DNA of 47,960 nucleotides from the IMG/VR virus record IMGVR_UViG_3300013767_000053, positions 1 to 47,960 of that record; one strand, given 5' to 3'. The stretch is from a virus. Taxonomy: Duplodnaviria > Caudoviricetes. Position 1 is the stretch's first letter; every line of letters begins with the position of its first letter. The position numbers and the translations under genes were made by a program. Of this stretch, positions 16,945 to 26,000 are shown one piece after another. The notes below the pieces were generated by a model. The model was not told the DNA's origin and made no database searches. It saw only the letters and a list, made by a program, of their open reading frames with translations.

Positions 16945-17586
16945 ATGACCTCGATTGTCTCGATCTGCAACCTCGCCCTGTCCAACATCGGCAAGGAAAA
17001 CATCAGCGACCTCTCGGAACCGACCGCTCAGGCGCGGGCGTGCAATCAGTTCTATGAGCACACGCGCGATGTGCTGTTGCAAGGCTATCCCTGGCGCATC
17101 GCCGGCAAGACGCAATCCATGGCCGCGCTGGCGAACGACAAGCCGGGCGCGTGGGGCTTCGCTTACAGGCGACCGAACGACTGTCTCAAGGTGCGGTGGG
17201 TGCGGCGGGAATACTCGACGGACGATCCTCGCCCGCAAAGTCTACAGCAGGAGATTAGCAATCCCTACGATATCGAGGGCGAGACGTTCTATTGCAATCT
17301 CTCGCCGGCCTTCCTGCGCTACACGTTTCGGCTGGTCGATCCTACGAAGTTCTCGCCGCTGTTCGTCGAAGCGCTCTCCTGGCACCTCGCCGTCCGGCTC
17401 GCGATGCCATTGACGCGCGATCCGAAGGTCCGCGCCGACGCCTTCCAGCTTGCTACGCGGACACAGGGCGCGGCGGAAGCCGCCGACGCCAACGAGGTTC
17501 GCGAGACCTCCGATATCGAGAGCGATTTCTTGAAGGGGCGCACTGAGCCGGCCGGCTCAATCCTGCCGTCTGGGTTTGTTGGCTGA
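16945..17586 (+). CDS. Tail tubular protein A / adaptor
   Basis: SIVSICNLALSNIG…ARACNQFY…RD..L..YPW, F.PLFVEALSW.LA. Confidence 0.88.
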   Translation: MTSIVSICNLALSNIGKENISDLSEPTAQARACNQFYEHTRDVLLQGYPWRIAGKTQSMAALANDKPGAWGFAYRRPNDCLKVRWVRREYSTDDPRPQSLQQEISNPYDIEGETFYCNLSPAFLRYTFRLVDPTKFSPLFVEALSWHLAVRLAMPLTRDPKVRADAFQLATRTQGAAEAADANEVRETSDIESDFLKGRTEPAGSILPSGFVG

Positions 17587-19700
17587 TGGCAGAGCTTCGC
17601 ACCTATCAGCCGTCCTTCACTGCCGGGGAGTTGTCGCCGGCCCTGGCCGCTCGCGTCGATCTGGCAAAGTATGCGTCCGGGCTCAGGAAGGCGACGAACC
17701 TGTTCATTCATCCGCACGGCGGCGTGTCGAACAGGTCTGGGACGCAATTCGTCGGTGAGGTCAAGGCCAGCGCGAACCATGCGAGGCTGATCCCGTTCCA
17801 GTTCAATACCCAACAATCCTACGTTCTCGAATTCGGCCACCAATATTTCCGCGTCTTTCGCGACGGTGCGGCGATTGTCGCTGGCGGTGGTGCGCCGTAT
17901 GAAGTCGCCTCGCCCTACGCGCATGCCGACTTGGATAGTCTTGTGTTTATCCAGGAGGCGGATGTCATGTACATCACGCATCCAAAGTATCCAGTTCGGA
18001 AACTGTCTCGCCTTGCTGAGAACAATTGGACACTGACCCTCGTTACCTTCGCCCCGTCCATGCCGACGCCGGCCGCGCCTGTCGCTTCGGTTCTGGTCGA
18101 TACGTCGAGCTTGCCCGGCTGGACGGCAACCTATTATTGGTACAAGGTTTCGGCGGTTTCTGAGCCTGGGGAGGAAGGTCTACCCTCTCCGCAGTCAAAT
18201 GGGGCGCTCAACGACCTTTCGATAGGTGCCGGCTCAAACCTCATTACCTGGACGGCTGTTGCGGGTGCCGCTCGGTATATCGTCTACAAGTACAGCAATG
18301 GCGTCTATGGCTACATCGGCAGCACCGAAGGGTTGAGCTTCACTGACAACAACATCGTCGCTGATCTCTCCGACACGCCGCAGTCCGCGCGCAATCCATT
18401 CAACGGAGTGGGCAACTATCCGCGGTGTGTGAGTTTCATTGAACAGCGGCTTGCGTTCGGTTCCTCCGACAAAGACCCGCAAGCGATCTGGATGTCTCAA
18501 TCCGCGAACTATGAGAATTTCGGCGTGTCGCGCCCAGCAAAGGCGAGTGACGCCGTAACCTTCCGGATCAAGTCCAGGCAGGTGAACGAGATACGTTCGT
18601 TGCTCGCGCTCAAGGGGTTGATGGTTCTCACCTCGGGCGCAGAGTGGATCGTCACTGGCGGGTCTCAGTCGGACGCGATCACGCCATCCTCGATTAAGAT
18701 CGACAATCAGGGGTATCGTGGTTGCGCCATGGTGCAGCCGATCGTCGTTGGCAACACGGTGTTGTTCGCGCAACGGAGCGGCGGCGTCGTCCGCGATTTC
18801 TCCTATGAGTTGGCGCAGGACGGTTTTGTCGGTCGCGACCTGACAATCCTCGCGCGCCATCTGTTCGAGAACAAGACCATCAAGGCATGGGGTTACGCGC
18901 AAGCGCCGTACTCGATCGCCTGGGTGGTCCTGAGTGATGGTTCGTTGGTCTCGTTGACCTATCTGCGCGAGCATGAAGTGTGGGGCTGGACGCGCCACGA
19001 AAGCGGCCCTGATGATGATGCGGTGTTCGAGGACGTCGTTGTCGTCGGGGAAGGCAATGAGGACGTGCCTTACTTCCTGGTCAAGCGCACGATCGGCGGC
19101 GTGACCAAGCGGTACATTGAGCGGCTGCATACGCGCGTGTTTGCGACGATCGAGGACGCGTTCTTTGTTGATTGCGGTCTGAGCTATAGCGGGCCTCCGA
19201 AAAAGACGTTCGCCGGCCTGGACCATCTGAATGGGCAAACTGTTGTCGCGCTCGCCGACGGCAACGTGATGCGAAACATGACGGTCGGCCCCGTGGCTGG
19301 CGGCATCGGCGTGACGCTCCAGAACGAGGCATCGAAGGTCCATATAGGGTTGCCGTATGTGGCGACGTTGCAAACCCTTAACCTCGATCTTGGCACTGTC
19401 CAAGGATTGGGCACGGTGCAGGGCCGCCAGAAGTCAATCAGCGAGGTCTTGCTGAGGGTCGAGGATACGCGCGGAATTTTCCTTGGGCCAAAAGACGGCG
19501 ATCGGGGCAGTGAGCATTTGGTCGAGTATCGCCAGCGATCGACCGAGGCATGGAACGAGGCCATCGCCATGTATACCGGCGATATTCAGATTACGCCGCC
19601 ATGGGACTGGAACACCGATGGCCGCATTGTGGTCAAACAGTTCGATCCATTGCCCATGACCATCCTGGCGATCAGCCCGGAGCCGACCATTGGCCGGTAG
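17586..19700 (+). CDS. Tail tubular protein B / nozzle
   Basis: QPSFTAGELSP…RVDL.KY, YPRCVSFIEQRLAF, PLPMTILAI. Confidence 0.92.
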   Translation: MAELRTYQPSFTAGELSPALAARVDLAKYASGLRKATNLFIHPHGGVSNRSGTQFVGEVKASANHARLIPFQFNTQQSYVLEFGHQYFRVFRDGAAIVAGGGAPYEVASPYAHADLDSLVFIQEADVMYITHPKYPVRKLSRLAENNWTLTLVTFAPSMPTPAAPVASVLVDTSSLPGWTATYYWYKVSAVSEPGEEGLPSPQSNGALNDLSIGAGSNLITWTAVAGAARYIVYKYSNGVYGYIGSTEGLSFTDNNIVADLSDTPQSARNPFNGVGNYPRCVSFIEQRLAFGSSDKDPQAIWMSQSANYENFGVSRPAKASDAVTFRIKSRQVNEIRSLLALKGLMVLTSGAEWIVTGGSQSDAITPSSIKIDNQGYRGCAMVQPIVVGNTVLFAQRSGGVVRDFSYELAQDGFVGRDLTILARHLFENKTIKAWGYAQAPYSIAWVVLSDGSLVSLTYLREHEVWGWTRHESGPDDDAVFEDVVVVGEGNEDVPYFLVKRTIGGVTKRYIERLHTRVFATIEDAFFVDCGLSYSGPPKKTFAGLDHLNGQTVVALADGNVMRNMTVGPVAGGIGVTLQNEASKVHIGLPYVATLQTLNLDLGTVQGLGTVQGRQKSISEVLLRVEDTRGIFLGPKDGDRGSEHLVEYRQRSTEAWNEAIAMYTGDIQITPPWDWNTDGRIVVKQFDPLPMTILAISPEPTIGR

Positions 19701-20298
19701 CATCGAGATCGTTCCGGCGTGCGCCGCGCATATCCGCACGATCGCGCGGCGCATGCGGCAGGCGGATCGCGATGAGATTGCAGCGGCCTCGGGGAGGTCG
19801 CCGGCTGCGGCGCTGGCCTTCTCGCTCCGCAAGTCGTCGCAAGCCTGGACGGCGGTGATCGACGGCCGGCCGGAAGTCATGTTCGGCGTGGCTGACCTCA
19901 ACATCCTTGCCGGTATCGGTGCGCCCTGGTTGCTCGGGACCGATTCCGTCGAGCGCAACTATCGGCAGTTCGTGCGCCGCTCGGTCAGTTGGCGCGATCA
20001 ACTGTTAGGGCGTTATCCGGTTCTGAGGAATTTTGTCGATGACCGGAACAAGGTGTCGATCCGATGGCTGCGGTGGCTTGGGTTCAAGTTCTCCGATCCA
20101 ATCATGTTCGGCGGCTACGCATTCCGGGCGTTCGAATTGAGGTCTGGCGATGTGCGAAATAATGACGGCGCTGACGATCGGCTCGACGCTGTTGGGGGCG
20201 GCCGGGGCAGTGCAGCAAGGGCAGGCGGCGGGGGCGGCCGGCCGGTTCAATCAGCAAGTCATGGAGATGAACGCGACGCTTGCGGAGCGCCGCGCTAG
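19690..20298 (+). CDS. T7 gp13-like GNAT-fold virion assembly protein
   Basis: RQADRDE, PWLLGT, LRNFVD.RN..SIRWLRWLGF; the C-terminal ~48 aa overlap the next gene. Confidence 0.8.
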   Translation: MAGSIEIVPACAAHIRTIARRMRQADRDEIAAASGRSPAAALAFSLRKSSQAWTAVIDGRPEVMFGVADLNILAGIGAPWLLGTDSVERNYRQFVRRSVSWRDQLLGRYPVLRNFVDDRNKVSIRWLRWLGFKFSDPIMFGGYAFRAFELRSGDVRNNDGADDRLDAVGGGRGSAARAGGGGGRPVQSASHGDERDACGAPR

Positions 20299-20695
20299 GG
20301 ATGCGATCGAGCGCGGTGCGGTTGCTGAACAGCGCAAGCGTCAAGAAGTGGCGCGCATCGTTGGAGGTCAAACGACGGCGATGGCTGCGAACGGTGTTGA
20401 CGTGTCGTTCGGATCGCCGCTGGATACGCTGGTCGATACCGCCGTCATGGGCGAGCTCGACGCTCTGACGATCCGCACCAATGCCCACCGTGAGGCGTAT
20501 GACTACAAGGTCCAGGCGGTCAACCAGCGCTCACAAGGCAGCATCGAGCGGATGAAGGGCGACGCGGCCGAAACTGGCGGCTACCTGAAAGCTGGCGGGA
20601 CAATCCTGGGCGGCGCTGGCGAGGGCTATGGTCGCTATAAGGGGCTGTCTTACAGGGGCTCTAGCGATCCGACGCGCCTTGGCACGTTCTACTGA
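20150..20695 (+). CDS. Internal virion (ejection) protein, gp14-like
   Basis: MC start, hydrophobic Gly/Ala N-terminus, MAANGVDVSFGS. Confidence 0.85.
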   Translation: MCEIMTALTIGSTLLGAAGAVQQGQAAGAAGRFNQQVMEMNATLAERRARDAIERGAVAEQRKRQEVARIVGGQTTAMAANGVDVSFGSPLDTLVDTAVMGELDALTIRTNAHREAYDYKVQAVNQRSQGSIERMKGDAAETGGYLKAGGTILGGAGEGYGRYKGLSYRGSSDPTRLGTFY

Positions 20696-20703
20696 GGGCG
20701 ATC

Positions 20704-22932
20704 ATGGTCAAGGTTCCAGAATATCAACAGAATATCGAACTGCGGCCTGAGTTCCGGCAGGACGTTGAGGTTCGCGCGACGCCCGAAGCGTTCGGCGCGG
20801 ATATCGGTCGTGGCCTGGAAGTGCTCGGCAAGGGTGCCGATATCGCCGCCGATAGCCTCGTCCGGGTGCAGCACCTTGAGGACACGACGCGCGCGAAGGA
20901 CGCCGACAACAAGTATGCCGAATGGCTGCGCGAGCGCCAGTATGGCAATGGCGGGTTCATGACGCTGGAGGGCCGCAACGCTGTTGACGGCCGCGCGGAT
21001 TTCGAGCGCGAGGCGGCCGACAAGCGGCGCGAGTTATCGCAAGGTCTACCGCCCGGCGCGGCGCGTGCCTATGACACGGCGTCGTCGGCCCGGCTGCAAT
21101 CGACGTTGCAGCAGTCGATCGTTCACACGGCGCAGGCGCGCAAGCAGTGGGTTGGCGACGCCTCGGCGGCGCGCGTTCAATCGTTCGCGGATGATGCGCT
21201 TGTCAACTTCACCAACCCGCAGGCTGTCACCAAGAACATCGCGGCGGGCATCCTGGAGCTTCGCGAGAACGGCAAGCTGCATGGCTGGGACGCGGACACG
21301 CTCAAGGGCAAGGAGCGCGATTTCGTTTCGGGTGTGCATAAGAACATCACGCTCCAGATGGCGCAGAGCGATCCGATCGCAGCCGAAAAGTACCTGAAGG
21401 ACAAAGGCGACTGGATCAGCGGCGCGGATCGCTACTCGCTCGAACACTCGCTCAAGGTGCCGCTGAAAGAAGCGCGGTCGCAGCGCGCCGCGTCCGAATT
21501 CATTGCCGGCCGGCAATCTGCCGCAGGCGGATCGGCCTATGACACGATTGTTCGGTTTGAGGGCTTCAAGTCTGCGCCCTATTGGGACGTGAACCACTGG
21601 CGCGTTGGGTTCGGCTCCGACACGATCACGCGGGAAGATGGCAGCGTGGTCGAGGTCAAGCCGGGCATGACGGTGACGCCGACCGACGCCGCACGGGATT
21701 TGCAACGGCGGATCGCCAGCATTCAAACCAAGATCGCGGGGACGGTCGGGCAGGACAAGTGGGACGCGATGTCTGCGCCAGCAAAAGCCGCGGTGTCGTC
21801 GGTCACCTACAACTACGGCACGTTGCCGACGAGTGTTTCCGACGCAATCCGCACGGGCGGGCCGGCTGAGATCGCGGCGGCGATCCGTGGTCTTGAGGGT
21901 CACAACGACGGCGTGAACAAGGGTCGGCGCAACAAGGAGGCTGATGCTGTCCTTGGCGTCAACATGACTGAGGCCGGACGCGACACGCAATCGTTCTTCA
22001 CCGACATGGAAAGCTATCTGGCGACGATCAAAGACCCGGAGGTCCAGAACCTCACGCGGACGCGGATCAACGCCATGCTCGAAACGCAGCACAAGGCCAA
22101 CACGGAGCGGCAGCGCGCGGCCAAGGCAGAATTGTGGAACCACATCGACCAGGGCAGAACGCCGGATCAGGTGCCGATGGACATTCGGCAGGCGGCGGGA
22201 ATGGAGGCGGTGTCATCGGCCTGGGGCTACATGGAGACGGTTCGCAAGGGGCGCGATATCGTGGACGATGAGCAAATGCTTTACGGCATGCGCCGCACCG
22301 CTGCGATGGACCCGGAATTCTTCTCAAAGGTCGATCTCAACGATTATCGCGACAAGCTGTCGAGGGCCAGCATCAAGGAACTGACCACGCTCCAGACAAG
22401 CGCGCTGACCGACCAGCGTAAGGCGCGCGAGGAGGGCTTGAGCCTGACGGCCGCGTATTCGCAGGCCGAACAGCAACTCGCCGCTGTCGGTATTACGACG
22501 GCCGGGAAGAAGGGCGATCAGCTAGCCGAGGCCAACAAGCGCATCGCGCAATTCAACAATGCGCTGTCCTCGCAGATGGATGAGTTTAAGCGTAGCAACG
22601 CGAACAAGCAGCCGACGCAGGCGGATATTCAGTCGATGATTAACCGCCTGCTCCTGCCGGTGGTCATCAAGACGCCGGGCACACTGTGGGGCAGCAATGC
22701 CTGGAAGCCTCCCGGTGTCAGCAGCGGCGGCCTGTTCGGCGATGCCAAGACGTTCGTGTTCGACGCGGCGTCGAGGCCGGACAATGCGACCGTGGATGTC
22801 ACCGTGAAGTACGCGGATATCCCGATCGACTTGCGGCGCGCTATCACAACCGATCTGGAGCGCGACCTTGGCCGCAAGCCGAGCCAGAACGAAGTAACCA
22901 AGCGCTACCAGGATTTCATCCTCAACCGTTGA
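20704..22932 (+). CDS. Internal virion (ejection) protein with GH24-like lysozyme domain
   Basis: IVRFEGFKSAPYWD…VGFG…A.AAVSS.TYNYG…RRNKEA near 21535-21950. Confidence 0.85.
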   Translation: MVKVPEYQQNIELRPEFRQDVEVRATPEAFGADIGRGLEVLGKGADIAADSLVRVQHLEDTTRAKDADNKYAEWLRERQYGNGGFMTLEGRNAVDGRADFEREAADKRRELSQGLPPGAARAYDTASSARLQSTLQQSIVHTAQARKQWVGDASAARVQSFADDALVNFTNPQAVTKNIAAGILELRENGKLHGWDADTLKGKERDFVSGVHKNITLQMAQSDPIAAEKYLKDKGDWISGADRYSLEHSLKVPLKEARSQRAASEFIAGRQSAAGGSAYDTIVRFEGFKSAPYWDVNHWRVGFGSDTITREDGSVVEVKPGMTVTPTDAARDLQRRIASIQTKIAGTVGQDKWDAMSAPAKAAVSSVTYNYGTLPTSVSDAIRTGGPAEIAAAIRGLEGHNDGVNKGRRNKEADAVLGVNMTEAGRDTQSFFTDMESYLATIKDPEVQNLTRTRINAMLETQHKANTERQRAAKAELWNHIDQGRTPDQVPMDIRQAAGMEAVSSAWGYMETVRKGRDIVDDEQMLYGMRRTAAMDPEFFSKVDLNDYRDKLSRASIKELTTLQTSALTDQRKAREEGLSLTAAYSQAEQQLAAVGITTAGKKGDQLAEANKRIAQFNNALSSQMDEFKRSNANKQPTQADIQSMINRLLLPVVIKTPGTLWGSNAWKPPGVSSGGLFGDAKTFVFDAASRPDNATVDVTVKYADIPIDLRRAITTDLERDLGRKPSQNEVTKRYQDFILNR

Positions 22933-23065
22933 CGTTGATGATCCCGACGACGCCGAGCAGCCAGATCACGCCGACCAGGGCGATGAGAAGGGCGGCCGGC
23001 GCGAGGATCATGTTGACGACGAGACGCACGCCGAGCCGCGCCCGGCTGATTGGCTGAGAGTTCAC
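22922..23065 (-). CDS. 47-aa antisense membrane peptide
   Basis: GTG start preceded by AGGGGGGG; MNSQPISRARLGVRLVVNMILAPAALLIALVGVIWLLGVVGIINVNG fills the intergenic gap. Confidence 0.65.
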   Translation of the reverse strand: MNSQPISRARLGVRLVVNMILAPAALLIALVGVIWLLGVVGIINVNG

Positions 23066-23081
23066 AGAAAGCCCCCCCTAA

Positions 23082-26000
23082 ATGGATACCATCGCGGATT
23101 ATACGGCTTGGAAGGCGACCCGGCAACAGAACGAGATCGAGGCCGCGAGCGCGGTCTTGACCGGAGTTGACAGTTCGCCGGATGAGATCGCGGGCGACCT
23201 GAACCTTGCCAATGACTACGGCAAGGTGACTGGCAATCCGGTCCCGCCTGCGCCGATGGTGTCGGAGTATCGGCCGATCTTTCAGCAGGCGATCGAGCGC
23301 GAGAAGAACAGGACGATCCTGTCGTCCGCGCCGCGCCTGACCGAATGGCTGCGCAATCCGGAAAATGCGGCCGTCGCGCGTGATGATCTTTCCGGGCTGT
23401 CCTGGTGGGAAACCGTGATGGGCGCGGGGCAGAATGCTTTCAGCCGTGGCGTCCAGCGCATCCCGCAATCCTACAATCAGTTCCTCGCGAACTCGTCTGC
23501 GGAGCGTGCGCAAGATCAGATGCGCGGGTTCTCCGAAATCTTGTGGGACCAGACGGCCATTCGCGGCGCTGATGGCAATCCAGTGGCGTGGAAGCCGATC
23601 GCCAACCCCGTCGATCTGATGAACGCCGGCACGCGATACTTGACCTCGCGCCTGAGTGGGTTGTTCGGCGGCGATGACCAGAAGGCGGCAGCCTACTATC
23701 AGCAGCAAGTCGGCCTGATTAACAAGCGGATCGCGGAAATCCCGCTCTCGCCGGCCGGGTCGGAAGGCCGCGACCTTTGGAACGAGGCGTCGAAGTCCGG
23801 TGATCTCGGCTCGTTCATGCGCGTGATCGCGAAGCATCCTGGCGCTTTCTCGGCGTTCGTTGCTGAGACGGCGGCCGAAAGCCTGCCGTCGCTCGCGGCG
23901 GCGATCGGCGTCGGCGTGGCGACGCGGAGCCCTGGCGCTGCGGCTACGTTCATGGGCGTCAATTCGGCGGCGGTCGAGAAGGGTAGCGCACCGTCTGATT
24001 TCTTCCGGGAGAAGGGGATTGATATCTCGACGCCGGAAGGCGCGGCGAAAGCCGTCTCCGATCCGGCGCTGATGCGCGAGGCGATCAAGCGCGGCGATGC
24101 GCGAGGGCTCGTGATCGGCCTCATGGATGGTCTGTCGGGCGGTGTCGCCGGCAAGATGCTTGTGCAATCGCGCGCCGGCAACATGGTCCTCCAGTCGATC
24201 ACGCAAGCGCTGATGGGCGCAGCCGGCGAGGCGGGCGGCCAGATTGCGGCCGGGCAGGAATTCAGCCTGGGCGACATTCTGCTTGAGGGCTTTGCGGAGT
24301 TTGCCGGCGCTCCGGTCGAGGTCGCGGGCATGGGCGGCGCGCGTCTGCTCGATGAGGCGCGCAAGGCGAAAGCTGCGGGCGATCGGCGGTCGCTATTCGA
24401 GGCGCTGTCCGGGCAAGCTCAGTCCTCGATCCTGCGTGGCCGGATGCCTGACAAGTTCCGCCAGTTCGTCGAGGCGGCGACGGCGGACGGCCCGGTCGAG
24501 AACGTCTATGTCCCGGCCAATCAGTTCGTCCAGTATTTCCAAAGCATCGGCGTCGATCCTCACGCCCTGGTCGATGACCTGGACGGCGTGACGCGCGACG
24601 ATCTCGACGCGGCGCTTGCGGGCGGCGGTGATCTGCAAATCCCGACCGCGACCTATGCGGCGAGGATCGCGGGCTCGGAGCATGACGCCTTCCTGATGGA
24701 CAATATGCGTTTTGACCCCGATCAGTTCACGGCGGTCGAGGCAGCGGAGTTCAACGCCCGCGCGCAAGAGGCGTTGCAAGAGGCGCATGACGTTGCCGAA
24801 CGGGTTCGCGTCGAGGCCGAACAACTCCGCTCGTTCGAGCAGGAGATTTACGACGCGATGGTTTCGCGGCTGCGCGCTGCCGGTCGATCGACCGATGTAG
24901 CGACAACGGAGGCGATGCTCTACCCGGCGTTCTATCGGGTGATGGCCGAACGCTCGGGCATGACGACTGAGGAGTTCTTGCAGCGCTATCCGCTGCCCGA
25001 AGTGAAGGGCGATATCCCGGAGGGCATCCAGTACAAAAACGTCGATGAGCTAAACCGCACGCTCGCGGAAGCGCGCTCGCGCAAGGCGACGCGCGACAAT
25101 CGGCAAACGCTCCTCGAATTCATCGATCAGCACGGCGGCATCAACGACGTCGGCGGCGAATTGAAGGCGCGCAACGCCGAGACGGTTTCGCGGGGCAAGA
25201 GCAAGAAGTCCCTCAAACTGGCGCGCAAGGGCTTGATGGCCGGGGCTCGCGATCTCCTCGGCGGCGTCGGCGGTAGCGGCAAGAAGCACGGCGCTGATGA
25301 TGTGGCGCTGGCGGCGATCGCGGCCGGGTTCATGGCCGATGATCCGGCCGTCGATGAATACAAGGCAGCGCTCGCCGAAGGCCGGGAAGTTCCTGACATT
25401 GTGGGTCCGCTGTGGGAAGCGATCGACCGCGAGCTACGTGGCGAGCCGCAGTATTCCGCCAACGAGCAAGCTGATCCTGCCGTTGCACGCGCTGCCGAAC
25501 TCGATGAAATCGAGGCCTATCTTTCGGGCCTCGGCGTCACCTTGGCGGATGATGACGCGACGATCCGGCAGGCGATCGATGGGGCGCGGCAGTATGCGCA
25601 AGCCCCCGCCGTGGGGAGCGATGCGTTCAAGGCGTGGTTCGGCAAGAGCAAGGTAGTAGATGCGAAGAAGAAGCCTCTCGTCGTTTACCACGGGTCAACG
25701 GCTGACTTCGACGCCTTCGATCGGGCTCGATCGAACCCCGAAAGCGACCTCGGCGGCGGTTTCTATTTCTCCAACACGCCGGGAGATGTCGAGGCCAATT
25801 ATGCAGGCGAGGGGCCTGACCTGACGAACAAAATTCAGCGCGAGGCAGAACGGATCGCGGGCGAGACCGATCGCGACTATAGCGATCCGGATGTGATCGC
25901 GGAGGCAAAGGAACGCTTGGGCGTCCAGCATGACGGCGCAACTTATCCCGTCTATCTGTCGATCCAAAATCCGGTATTCCTTGGCGGCAAAACCTCGACG

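Noticed and set aside
20150-20298. 149-nt overlap of the gp13-like and gp14-like genes as a programmed frameshift
   Set aside because: No slippery sequence seen; more simply a late stop codon giving a non-conserved tail.
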